Assembly: GCF_030028105.1 (NCBI RefSeq)
Contig: NC_092372.1
Coordinates: forward strand, 137,088,058-137,152,057
Length of the DNA stretch: 64,000 nt
Direction of reading: 5' to 3'
Origin: Mobula birostris
Taxonomy: Eukaryota
The notes beneath the pieces were generated by a model. That model worked only from the letters and a program-made list of their open reading frames with translations. It was not told where the DNA came from and searched no databases. The translations under genes and the position numbers were made by a program. This document shows, in pieces, positions 39,777 through 51,875 of the stretch (within the stretch, counting starts at the first letter, position 1; the number at the start of each line of letters is the position of its first letter).

Positions 39777-40429
39777 TTATCCTGAGATGAAGTGAGGTAC
39801 TCTATGGTATTGAAAGTGCTACTGTGGTCTACCGTCTGTTTTTTCAAAGTCCATACCTTCATAAGGGCATGCAGCACTCACCGAAACCTACAACTTTCCA
39901 ACTTTGATCACTTTTTTACACTAAAATGGACTTTGTACATATATATTTTTTGTTCTAATTATGTTCTTTCTTGTCAACATTGACTATAATTTATGTTTTT
40001 CTTGTGAATGCTGCTAAAAATATGCTATGTATCTGTGATGCTGATGTATGTAGGGTTTCATCGCACCTGTACATACATGTACTTATGCATATGACTATAA
40101 GACATAGGAGCAGAATTAGGCCATTGGCCCATTAAGTCTGCTCTACCATTTGATCATAGCTAATTCATTTACCCTCTCAACCCTATTCTCCTGCACAAAG
40201 ACTCAACTATAGATTACCTGGGACACCGTGTGAAATTTTGACTGTCACGGTATAGAAAAGACATGACTGCTTTCAAAATTATACAGAGGAGATTCACTAG
40301 AAGTGTCTCAGTTATGAGGAAAAACTGAACACATTAGGATTATTTTTCTTGGAAGACCTGATAAAGGTGTACAAAATTATGAGGTGCTTAGATAAGGGGA
40401 CACAGAATTGAAAATACACTTGGACTAAG

Positions 40430-43400
40430 ATGTTAACTGTCCTGTGCTATCACCAGTGGGATCATCAGTTGATCTGCCACCTGTCTTCAGGAGTTTCAGC
40501 CCGCTTATGATCAAGACTCCCTCCAGGTGGTAGGCCAGCAGTACTAAAGCACCAGCTCCCACTGGTGAGCTTAAAAACTTGGCATCTGCCTCGATCAGAG
40601 TTGTTGGTCGTTTCCATCCAACAAATAGTCTACTCTTCAGGTGTCTATGCAACTACTGAAGGGCTTGCAAAAGATAGATACACTGTCCGACTATCTGCCC
40701 CTCTGGACGTACTTGGTCCACACCCATGATGATCATGTCTCTGCTGCCTCAGCTACAGCCCTGCTGGTTGACTTGATCTCTCTGCTGGTGAAGCCAAGGT
40801 CACGCAGTCACTTCTGGAAAGTGAACACAATAAAGCCACAGCAACCTACTTCGATTGGACAGCATGAGACCTTCCACCCTCCGTCTCTGCACTCTCATCT
40901 TAATTCTGCATACTTGGTTAACTTGCACTCATGGGCTTCATCGATGTTGTCTTCCCAGGTGAGTTCATCAGTAACCACTTCTCTACTGGTGTCAGACCAT
41001 ACGATTATATCTGTACACAATGTGGTGAAAGCTATTTGCTCCGGGAAGCTGCCTTTCCCATCCAGGTCGGCCTTGGCACACCAATCATTGGCTGAAGAAA
41101 GTATGCTTGATCATGGGCTTGCGCTGTACACCCTTGACTTGGAGCCTTCTTTCACAAACAATATGTGATGTTCTGTGCAGCATGGGACATAAGATAAGTT
41201 GTGCTGCAGTACTCCCTGCTCAACCACTTCTGTTACAACTTTGAGAACATTGTTGTGTCTCCAAGTGTACATGCCGCTGGAAAGATTGACTCTACATGCA
41301 CTCAAAATATGTTGAAGTGTTCCCTTCTCGCCACAAGCAGCACACCTGTCTTATCTTCATACCAGTTGCTGAAGTTGGCAAGTGTTAGGATCAGGTCATA
41401 CACTGCTCTGCACAGGAAAGAAATACGGAGCGGTTCCATCTTCCACAGAACATTCCAAGATAGATGCTGTTGTTCAACACTTTCCCACCAGATCCAAGCC
41501 CTTTGTTTGGCCAGGCCAGCTGTTTTAGCTAACCTCTTCTCGTCTTCTACCTCTCGTATTTCTTGTGTTACAAACTCACGGTGCTCCTTACCTGTAGAAG
41601 ATGACCACCACTTGTGGGTTGTCCATCCAAGTCCCTGGTGCCGTAGCTGGATAGCCCCAACCGTCTCCTTGGTGCTTCAATCTAGACTCTGCCTCATCAA
41701 CTGCTACATGGGCTGACCACTTCCTGCCTGATCCCACATCCGGCTGGGTGTTCTTGATGACAGGGTCTTTTGAGTCTCGAAGCATCAAGAATGATCTCAC
41801 CTTGACTACCTTGACCTCTTCAACAAGGGATTGTACTGGGATGGTAAGCTTTGTCTGGCTACTGTAACACTGGTGAGGCTGCTCGGTACTCCAAACCACT
41901 TCTTCGCATACCTATTGATCTTCCGTTCCATTGCCTCAACATGGGACATTGCCACTTCATAGACAGTTAGTGGCCACATTATCTGTGGCATCAATCCATA
42001 CTGCAAGCACCACAGCTTCAACTTGCCAGGCAAGCCACACTTGTCAACAGACATCAGACCTCTGCTGATCTGTTCTCCTGTCTCTTGAACTCTCTTGGTG
42101 TCGCTCAGCTCCTCTGTGTACCATCGCCCGAGGCTCTTAACTGGTTGGTCCTGAATGGATGGAATCTCCTCTCCACAAAGGGTGAAATGAAAGTCAACCA
42201 GCTTTCCTCTCATAAGAACAAGGCTTCTTGACTTCTTGGTCTTGAACTTCATTCTTCCCCAATCCATTAGCTCCTCGAGTCTAGATAGTACACTCTCCAC
42301 TGCCTCTGTGCTAGGATCCAAAAGGGTGAGATCGTCCAAGAATGCTTGTATTGGTGGTAACTCCCCTCCGCCATCAAGTGCGACACCTGGTCCCACTGAT
42401 TCTGCAGCCCTCACAATGACCTCCATGGATAACACAAAAAGGATGGGTGAAATCGCACAACCCCTTTGGGATTCCAACATCCAAGCTCTGCCACCTACTT
42501 GTAAACTGCTGAGTGGAAAACCTCATCCGGAAATCGCTGTAGTACTGCATAACAAAGTTCTTCACCTTAGCAGGAGTCCATAGGAATTCCATCGTAAACT
42601 CAATCAGGGCATGGGGAACAGGACCATACGCATTTGCCAGATCAAGCCAAACTACAGCCAGATTTCTTCTCAACCTTTTCGACTCCTGGATGGTATGCCA
42701 TATCATGCTAGTATGTTCAAGGCATCCCGGGAAGCCTGGTATTCCTGCCTTCTGCGTAGATGTATTTACCAATCCATTCTCTATCACAAATAAAGATATT
42801 CTTTCTGCTAGAATGCCAAACATAATCTTCCCCTCTACATTCAGGAGTGAAATTGATTGGAACTAATTCAATGTAGTAGAATTCTCTTCTTTCGGGATGT
42901 ATACTCCTTCAGCCTCACTCCATAACAAAGGAACAACACCTTGTCTCCATACCACCTTTAACACCTTTAACAATCTGCACAAGTATTTCCTCAGCTCTTC
43001 ACACTCCTTGAACACCTTATACGGCACTCCATTAGGTCTTGGCACTGAACCTGACCTTGCCTTTCAGATGAACCGTTCGACTTCTGCCAGTATGGATTCT
43101 GACAGATCGAACTTCACTCCTGGCTCCGGTAGGCTTCACAAGCCCTGAAATGTCAAGCAAAGGAGCCTCCCGCTGTTCGTTAGAGTAAGCGCTTGCCAGG
43201 TGATCCTCAAGTTCTTGTTGAGAGATGTTAAGCTGCCCGCTCTTATTTTGTTCAAACAATTTCTTTGTGAACTGGTGAAGGTTCTCAAAGAACAACTTTC
43301 TTGCCTTCTCTCCCTTCTTTCTCTTTTTACGTTGTGACTCTGCACAACGGAGTGATGCCAACTTTAATCCAAAATGCTCTTGGAAATCAGCAAGCCCTGG

Positions 43401-44100
43401 TTTTTCACCCTCACTTGCTACCTTCCACCTCTGTCTCAACGATCTAAACTCTCTCCTCAACCTACTAATCTCCTTCTGGTGCCTGCTTGGTGTCTGTGTA
43501 GGCTTTGCTTTCTTCAATTCAACCAAACCAAACCGGTACTTTCCAACATCATAAATCATATCACCCATCACTTCCAACTTCTCCTTTGATGTCCCCATGA
43601 AAGTGTGCTCCAACATCATACTGATATCCTCATCAAACACACGCCAAGTCTTCTCATCTGTCATTGCTGGCCACTTGACCTTCCTCTTCTTTTCTACCTC
43701 CTCACCACCGCCATCATGCGAAGGATCTACCTGGGTACTGTGGTCTGAAACCTGACTTGGGTTATCTCTCATCTAACCTGGAGTATGATGACTCTCTCCA
43801 GAGCAAATCGCTGTGGCTTGTAAATCAGTGGTTGAAAACTGTGCTTGGTGAAGTAATTCCATCTTCATCTACTGGGATGGAATAGCACTTCAACTTTGCT
43901 TGGTGGACTCATAAACCTTTAATGCTGGAAAACACTCTCCCACACCAACACATTGGACACTCAAAGCCTCTTATCCCAGCTCTTGGTCGTAGTCATTCCC
44001 TGTAATTAACCGTATCCGTCCGATTGGGTCTATCATTCTCTCTGCCTCTCGGAGGACCCTGAGTGTATGTTTCTCCGTGTAAACTAGAAGCTTCAAGTGG
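40430..44100 (-). mobile_element. Hero/R2-like (REL endonuclease) non-LTR retrotransposon, near full length, frameshifted
   Basis: GCLEH, WLDLANAYG.VPH, GCAISP, AFLDDLT RT motifs; CAACGEKGTLQHILSAC + RHN zinc finger; ELT-WED..EAHE..K..KY, EVG REL motifs. Confidence 0.85.
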
Positions 44101-44733
44101 TGGGTGTTCTTCTGAGTAGTAAACTTTAGTCAGAAGATGGCAAAAAATTTGCAATCCCCTGTCGATGGTGGTGGTGGATGCAAAGATTCTCACAACCTTT
44201 AAGGCGTATCTGGACAAGCACCTGAATTGCCAAAGCACAGAAGGATATGGATCAGGTGGTTGTAAATGGGATTAGTATAAATGGTTACTTCATGGTTGGT
44301 ATGGATAGGGTAGGCCAAAGGCCTGCTTTTGTTCTCTATCACTCATACTTCCTTTGTTGCAATATGTCAATTTATGTTTCTGGCTGTGAAGTGCTTTGTA
44401 CACCCTAATATGTTTAAGGTATATATGCAAAAACAGAGTCTATCTGTCTTGCAAAGCCACGTTTATGCTTTGCTCACTGTCTTCTGAATTATTAATAACA
44501 ATTACAAAACAAAAGGACTGCAAGATAAATATAATTTGCAGGAGATTAAGATAATAACAGTGACCTCTTACCTTCTTCCACCTGAACTCTTTTTATGCAA
44601 TTGTACTTGGGTACAATTTGAAAAGCAGTCTCCAGTTTTAAATTACATATTGTTAAATTACCATTGTTGGCATAATCTCAGATGGTGATGAGAGGGCATA
44701 CAGGAGTGAGACATACCAGCTAGCTGAGTGGCA

Positions 44734-45290
44734 CAAGGACAACAAAAATCTACAGATGCTGGAAATCCAAACAACACACACAAAATGCTGAAAGAACTCA
44801 GCAGGCCAGGTAGCAGCTATGGAAAAGAGCAAACAGTCGACGTTTCAGGCCGAGACACTTCATCAGGACTGGAAAAAAGATCAGAAGTGAGAGCAAGAAG
44901 GTGGGGGGAGGGGTGGAAGAATTACAAGGTGGCAGGTGATACGCGAAACCAGCAGAAGAGGAGGGATGGAGTAAAGAGCCGGGAAGTTGATCGGTGAAAG
45001 AGGTAAAGGGCTGGAGAAGTGGGAATCTGACAGGAGGGGACAGAAGACCATAGAAGAAAGGGAAGGGGGAGGAGCACCAGAGGGAGGTGCTGGGCAGATA
45101 AGGAGAGAGGACAAAAGAGGGAAATGGGAATTGGAATGGTGAAGGTGGGGGTCAAATACCAGAAGTTCGAGAAAACGATGTTCATGCTATCAGATTGGAG
45201 GCTACCCAGATGGAACCTGAGCATGGCCTCATCACAGCAGTAGAAGAGGCCATGGACTGACATGCCGGAATGAGTGGTGCTGCCACACCA
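44734..45290 (-). mobile_element. Penelope-like 3' end with 14-bp TSD
   Basis: ctag(c/t)tgagtggca at 44720-33 and 45291-304; GSLQSDSMN and hammerhead tail. Confidence 0.8.
44835..44870 (-). ncRNA. Minimal hammerhead ribozyme, core intact, weakened stem II
   Basis: Reverse complement AGTC CTGATGA AGTGTCTCGGCCT GAAA CGTC GACT. Confidence 0.55.
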
Positions 45291-45737
45291 CTAGTTGAGT
45301 GGCATCGCAGCAACAACCTGCACTCAGTGTCAGTAAAACCAAAGAGCTGATTGTGGACTTCAAAAAGGATAAGGTAAGAGAACACACACCAGGCCTCATA
45401 GCGTGTTCAGAAGTGGAGAGAGTGAGCAATTTCAAGTTCCTGGGTGTTAATATCGGTAAGGACCTAACCTGGTCCCGACAAATCGATGCAGCTTTAAAGA
45501 AGGCAAGATAGTGGCTATATTTCATTAGCAGTTTGAGGAGAGTTGATATGTTATTTAATCACAAGCAAATTTCTACAGATGCACCCTGGAGAACATTCTG
45601 ATTGGCTGCATCACCGTCTAGTATTCCATGGCTGCAGCACAGGATAGAAGTTGCAGAGAGTTATAAAATTAGTCAGCTCCATCATGAGCACTAGCCTCTG
45701 TAGTATCCAAGACATCTTCAAGAAGCAGTGCCTCAAA

Positions 45738-46146
45738 AAGAACCTGTGGATAGACCTCAATAGAGCAGTGCATGCAAGACAGCCCAAGAATCTCACAGAA
45801 CTAGAAGCCTTTTGCAAGGAAGAATGGGCGAAAATCCCCCAAACAAGAATTGAAAGATGATTAACTGGCTACGAAAAGCATTTACAAGCTGTGACACTTG
45901 CCAAGGGGTGTGTTATTAAGTACTGCCATGCAGGATGCCCAAACTTTTGCTTTGGGCCCTTTTCCTTTTTTTGTTACTTTGAAACTGTAAAAGATGGAAA
46001 TAAAAATGTAATCTTGCTTAAAATATTAAAGAAATGTGTCATCTTTAACTTTATGCCTTTTGGAAATCAGTTCATCTTTTACTCACTTAGCTATTCACAG
46101 TAACAGAAATTTTGACCAGGATTGCCCAAACTTTTGCATGCCACTG
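45738..46146 (+). mobile_element. Tc1 transposon right end
   Basis: NLWIDLNRAV..PKNLTELEAFCKEEW C-terminus; ends ..gccactg|TA. Confidence 0.85.
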
Positions 46147-47078
46147 TATAATCAAAGATTCCACCAACCAGGACATTCTCTCTTCTGTCCTTTCCATTGG
46201 GCAGAAGATACAAAAAGACACAGACTAAAGGACAGCTGTTACTCGACTGCTTTAAGAAAATTAAATGATTCCCTAGTGTGATAAGATGGATCCTTGACCT
46301 CACAATCTATCTTGTGTTCTTGCACTTTACTGTCTACCTGGACTACATTCTTTCTGTACTATTATATTTTATTTTGCACTCAGTTATTGTTTTACCTTGT
46401 ATTACCTCAATGCACCATTATAATTAAGTGATCTGTATAGATGGTGTGCAAGACAGATTAATGAATTATGTAGATTAACATCACACATAATTATTGCTGT
46501 GTTCTTGTCACATTTGAGTCCAGTTTAATTGCATCCACTCTAATGTTTGGAGTATGTACTTGACCTCCACCAAACGTTCAGACCCCATGGTGTTACAGGT
46601 ACTTTGTTCTACCAAGATTGTAATTCTTCTTTTACTGACAATGCCACTATGCCCCCTCGCCTTTTTTCCAGCCTCTTGTGAGTACTGTACTGAAGACCCT
46701 TGAGTGCTCAGTCCCAAAGCTTAGTCACTTGTTCAGACACGTCTCAATAATGGCAATCATATTGTATATATTTATATCTATTTGTGAGATTAATGCACCT
46801 GTGTAATTCCGCGCAGACACAATGCATCCAGACTTATCTTCATTACTACTTCCAGTATTTTACTCCCCCCCCCCACTTTATGATTTCCAACAGCGGCAGT
46901 TTTCATTTTCACTCGCATCTTTGCTATTTATTTAATTAACTGTTTTTAGATTTCCCAGCTGCTCTATCTGATGGGCTTCTATCTCGGACTTATCCATGCC
47001 AGCCGCTCCCGGAGGAGAAGACTATAAACCAGACGAGACAGACCTATCAGCCCTCATCCTCCCACCACTGTTGCTCAC

Positions 47079-47093
47079 CTCTGCCGCCGCCAT
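47079..47093 (-). CDS. LRRC72: LRRC72 coding exon 1 (MAAAE)
   Basis: Minus strand aagATGGCGGCGGCAGAG|gtgagc in a CpG-rich patch; phase-0 donor joins in frame to exon 2. Confidence 0.75.
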
Positions 47094-47131
47094 CTTGTGT
47101 TTGGAAACGGTTGCTCGGCGACGTGACGTCG
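47083..47131 (-). promoter_or_regulatory. LRRC72 promoter: RFX X-box, CRE-like site, YY1-like motif over the ATG
   Basis: GTTGCTCGGCGAC at 47110-47122 (X-box-like), TGACGTCG at 47124-47131, minus-strand AAGATGGCGGC spanning the start codon; local CpG enrichment at about 47000-47340. Confidence 0.6.
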
Positions 47132-47799
47132 CACTCCGGGCTCGGGTGCGGGGTGCCGGTACATAGTGTTGATCCTGCGTGTTGTCGGTGGCATTCGGCC
47201 GGTTGTACTGCACCTTGTGCAATGCTATTTGTCCACAATACTGTACTCTGAGCATTTCCAAAGGTGTCCAAAATGCACAATGTAAGTTCACTCGGCGCGA
47301 AATTTTGGACCCTAAATCTTGGTAGCTGCAACCGCGTTCGTAATTAAATTACAGCAAAAAATGGGAAATTATGGAAATATTTTGCAGGTCACACTGTGGG
47401 AGGTCTGAGTTACTGAGTATTTCCACCATTTTATACTTTTGTTTTAGATTTTCAGCAGCTTTCAAGACCAGGTTTACTGTCAATAACGTACATATCCAGA
47501 GCAAAATGCCGTGAAGATCAGCTTTTTGCAGCAGGACATTTCCATTTAAATAACAACACCTTCCTGATGGAGTATTAATTTTATATGGTTTACTATTAGC
47601 CGTAAGATTGTCAGACTATTAACAGCTGCACAATTTATTTGTACATTTGTATAATTCGCGACAGAATTCCGTTCTGCATTGCTGTTTGCCCTAAATGTTA
47701 GAAGCAAAAAAAATGTTACAAATCGCTCAGCAGATCACAGTAGTTTCTGTGGACTGATAAGCACTCCACTTCGAGGTCTTTTAGCGGCTTTTTAAACAT

Positions 47800-48850
47800 T
47801 GAAAGTAAATTGGTAAATTTGTTTATTATTGTCAAATGTACTGAGGCATGTGATCGCATACCATCAATACAGATCAATTAATTCCAACAGTTTTTTAAGG
47901 TAGTACAAGGTAAAATAAGAACAAAGTGCCGAATAAAGCGTTGTAATAGAGGAAGTTCAGTGCAGGTGGACAGTATGTGTGCAAGGTCACAATAAAGTCG
48001 ATTGTGAGGTCAAAAATCCGTGTTAACGTACTATGGAACCATTCAATATCCTTAAAACATCAGGATAGAGGCAGTCCTTGAGCCTCTACGTTTTCACAGC
48101 CTTTTGTATTTACTGCCTGATAGGAAGAGAGGAGAGAGAATGCCTGTGATGGGTGGGGCTTTGATTATACCGACTACTTTTTCAAAGCAGAGGGCCATGG
48201 TGGTGGGGGAGGCTGTTTTCCGTGATGTGGGGGACTCTGTCCACAACTCTCTACAGCGAGTAAGTACAGGAGCCTGAAGACACACGCCCAACGTTTTAGG
48301 ATTCAACTTTGCCATCAGATTTCTGAACAGACAAGGAACCGATGAACACTACCTCAATATTTTTGCTCTTTTTTTTCATTACTTATTCCTTATTGTAATT
48401 TATAGTTTTTTTTGCACTGCTGCAAAACAACAAATTTCACCATGTATGGCAGTGATAAACATGATTCTGAGTCTCTTGCAGTCACGGATAGAGCAGTTAT
48501 CATACCAAGCCGTGCTGCCTCCAGATAGGTTTCTTTCTGTGGTGCAACAATAAAAATTGGCGAGGCTCGAAGTGGACTTGACAGATTTCTTTGGCCTCCT
48601 GAGGAAAAGCTGTGCTGTAAACATGGTCGGACCACGACATGATGTTCACTCTTCAAACTTAGAAACATAGAAAATCTACAGCACAATACAGGCCCTTCAG
48701 CCCACAAAGTTGTGCGGAAAATGTCCTTGCCACAGAAATTACCTAGGGTTACCCATAGCCCTCTAAACTCTCAACCACAACACTGTTGATGTGAACAGGA
48801 ACATGGGCTTCACTTTCTTCCTGGAATCAAGGAGCAGCTCTTTTGTGACA
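47800..48850 (-). mobile_element. Rex1/Babar and CR1 3' fragments
   Basis: LANFYCCTTE..AWY motif; Rex- and CR1-type tails. Confidence 0.6.
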
Positions 48851-48974
48851 TGTAAATTATATTCAAAACCTGATCTTTAATAAAACAATGCAAAATACCC
48901 TAAATAAACCAAATGACATTACTTCCAGAGAGCATTGATTCCATTAATTCATTAAAACACAATTTATTTAAGTT

Positions 48975-49232
48975 GGGGCAGCACGGTAGTGCAGTGATTA
49001 GCACACCGCTTTACTGTACGAGTGACGTAGGTTCAATTCCCACCTGCCTGTAAGGAATTTGTAAGTTCTCCCTGTGACCACATGGGTTTCCTCCCACAGA
49101 TGTGCCAGTTGATAGACTAAATGGTCATTGTAAATTGGCCTGTGATTAGGCCCAGATTGAATTGGGGGATTGTTACGTGATGTGAATGAAAGGCCAGAAG
49201 GGCCTATTCCATGCTGTATCTCAATAAATAAA
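48975..49232 (+). mobile_element. tRNA-derived V-SINE/HE1-like SINE
   Basis: A-box GGTAGTGCAGTGA, B-box GGTTCAATTCC, central ..gggtttcctccca.., CR1-like 3' end with (taaa)n. Confidence 0.75.
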
Positions 49233-49254
49233 TATATAGTACTTCATTCTAAGA

Positions 49255-50597
49255 GACCTGGGGATCCATGTCGAATTGCATCTCACATAAAAAATTGTCT
49301 ATGATAAGCCTACGGACTCTCACAGCTACCTGGACTATTCCTCTTCCCACCTTTTCTCTTGCAAAAGTGCCATCCCCTTCTCGTAATTCCTCCATCTCCG
49401 CCGCATCTGCTCTCAGGATGAGGCTTTTCATTCCAGGACGAAGGAGATGTCTTCCTTTTTTAAAGAAAGAGGATCCCCTTCCTCCACCATCAACTCTGCT
49501 CTCAAACACATCTCTTTCATTTCACGCACATCTGCTCTCACCCCATCCTCCCGCCACCCCACTAGGAATAGGGTTCCCCTTGTCCTAACCTACCACCCCA
49601 CCAGCCTCCGGGTCTAACATATAATTCTCCGTAACTTCCACCACCTCCAATGGGATCCTACCACCAAGTACATCTTTCCCTCCCCCCCACCCCGCTTTCC
49701 ACAGGGATCGCTCCCTATGTGACTCCTTTGTCCATTCGTCCCCCCCATCCCTTCCCACTGATCTCTCTCCTGGCACTTATCCTTGTAAGTGGAACAAGTG
49801 CTACACATGCCCTTACACTTACTCCCTCACCACCATTCAGGGCCCCAGACAGTCCTTCCAGGTGAGGAGACACTTCACCTGTGAGTCTTATTGTGTCTGG
49901 TGCTCCCGGTGCAGCCTTCTATATATTGGGGAGACCCGACCCAGACTGGGAGATCGTTTTGCTGAAAACCTACGCTCTGTTCACCACAGAAAGCAAGATC
50001 TCCCAGTGGCCACGTATATTAATTCCACGTCCCATTCCCATTCTGATATGTCTATCCATGGCCTCATCTACTGTCAAGATAAAGCCACACTCAGGTTGGA
50101 GGAAAAACACCTTATATTCCATCCGGGTAGCCTCCAACCTGATGGCATGAATATTGATTTCTCTAACTTCTGCTAATGTCCCTCCTCCCCTTCAAACCCC
50201 ATCCCTTAGTAATATATTTTTTATGTATTTCCCCCCTTTTCTTCTCTTTTTTTCTCCCTCTGTCCCTCTCACTACAACTCCTTGCCTGTTCTACACCCTC
50301 CGGGCTCCCCTCCCCTCTTCTCTTTCTCCCCAGGCTTCCCGTCCCATGATCTTCTCCCTTCTCCAGCCTGGTATCCTTTTTGCCAATCAACTTTCCAGAT
50401 CTGAGATCCACCCCTCTCCTCCTGTCTTCTCCTATCATTTCGGATCTCCCCCTCACCCTCCCACTTTCAAATCTCTTACTATCTCTTCCTTCAGTTAGTC
50501 CTGACGAAGGGTCTCGGTCCGAAACGTCGACTGTACCTCTTCCTAGAGATGCTGCCTGGCCTGCTGAGTTCACCAGCATTTTTGTGTGTGTTGCTCA
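49255..50597 (+). mobile_element. Penelope-like element (longest copy): RT thumb, GIY-YIG endonuclease, terminal repeat with hammerhead
   Basis: YCVWCSRCSLLYIGETRPRLGDRFAENLRSV GIY-YIG motif; hammerhead at 50497-50532. Confidence 0.9.
50497..50532 (+). ncRNA. Minimal type I hammerhead ribozyme, core intact
   Basis: AGTC CTGACGA A GGGT-CTCG-GTCC GAAA CG TC GACT: stem I AGTC/GACT, conserved CUGANGA and GAAA, GUC cleavage triplet. Confidence 0.75.
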
Positions 50598-51572
50598 TAT
50601 AAAAAATGTAGGGATGGGACAATGCAAATTTTAAAGGTCCTTATCAACCATTAGCAATTAATTAACAATCTCTAATTACAATTAACAGTGCAACACATAC
50701 AGTAAATTGGAGGAATTTACTAGGTTAAACAGCCTCTGTGGTGAGAAATACACAGTTGATGTTCGGACCGAGACTGTTCATCTGTACGGTAAAGGAAGGG
50801 GAAAGAAGCCAGAATAAGAAGCTGGCATGAGGGGAAAGAGTACAAGTTGGCAGGTGATAGGTGAAACCAGCGGAGGGGGATGAAGTATGCATACTATATT
50901 GAGTTAGGATTCAATATGCAGTATTGTTAAGCTTTTGACATTGCATTGAATCAGAATCAGGTTTATTGTCAGTGACATAAGTCGTGAAATTTGTTGTTTT
51001 TGGCAGCAGTACAAACTACTATAAGTTACAAATAAGAATAATTAATAGTGACGAAAAGGGATAGAGATGTAGTGTTCGTGGACAGTTCAGAAGTCTTATT
51101 ATTTTGTTAAATCAAAAATCTCATTGTGTGATAATGCAAGTACACAAATAAGATAAAAAGGGAAGTAATTATTGCAAATAACATAATTCTCAGAATTATT
51201 TTGGATTGATGTAACAGGTTTACGCATATAAAACAGGTTACAATTATAAGAAAAATTCCTGATTAAAATGTGCTTCATTGAATATTAATACCCCATGTAC
51301 TAGGATCTGTAAAACATGTTATGTGCATTTGTGCATATATTTGGAACTTCACTAATGTCATACATCACAAGGATTCTGTCTCTTTAAGGGGTGTTACAAA
51401 AGAAATATTTCACAATGTGAAACCTGAGATGTGTGAAATTTGAAACTGACATGATTTGCATATACCACACTTCTACGTGTGTGATCTGGCTTGCTATTGG
51501 TTATCAGGATATGTCTGTATGTTTCCTTTCTCAAGCTTCACTGTTTCCACTTGAATGAATGCCAAGGAGCTT

Positions 51573-51579
51573 TATAAAA
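51573..51579 (+). promoter_or_regulatory. SOSTDC1 TATA box
   Basis: TATAAAA about 80 nt upstream of the ATG; inverted CCAAT (ATTGG) near 51497. Confidence 0.65.
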
Positions 51580-51652
51580 AGCAAGGCACAGAAACTCCAC
51601 GTTAAAACCTACAACGTTACAACCAGATCTTCATCCTGAGCGTTCTTGAGCC

Positions 51653-51875
51653 ATGATTATTACACAGCCTTTTGATTGCACTTTCTTTGTGATAGCATGC
51701 ATTTTTGTAAAATGCTGCTTTGCCTTTGACATGGGTGCAGAACAAACTAAAAATGATGCTACAGAAATATTCTACAATCTCAAGGTGCTACAGCATGAAC
51801 GTCCAAGTAATTTAACATTAAATCAGGCAAGGAATGGAGGAAGGCTACCTAACCCTTCAGACATGGATCATAAAG
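51653..51875 (+). CDS. SOSTDC1: SOSTDC1 exon 1 (signal peptide, KNDATEI, NLTLNQARNGGR)
   Basis: Hydrophobic N-terminus; KNDATE and LNQARNGGR motifs; donor AAAG|gtacag, phase 1. Confidence 0.96.

Larger units (their letters stand above)
44650..46460 (+). mobile_element. Rex1/Babar LINE 3' half interrupted by Penelope and Tc1 pieces
   Basis: LSVSKTKELIVDFKK..FKFLGV motifs on both sides of the insertions. Confidence 0.75.

Noticed and set aside
43990-44110. HDV-like ribozyme at the 5' end of the Hero/R2-like element
   Set aside because: Could not identify the nested double pseudoknot by eye.
47022-47331. ORFs 47022..47291 and 47047..47331 as genes
   Set aside because: They read through the GC-rich LRRC72 promoter; only the MAAAE segment followed by a splice donor is supported.
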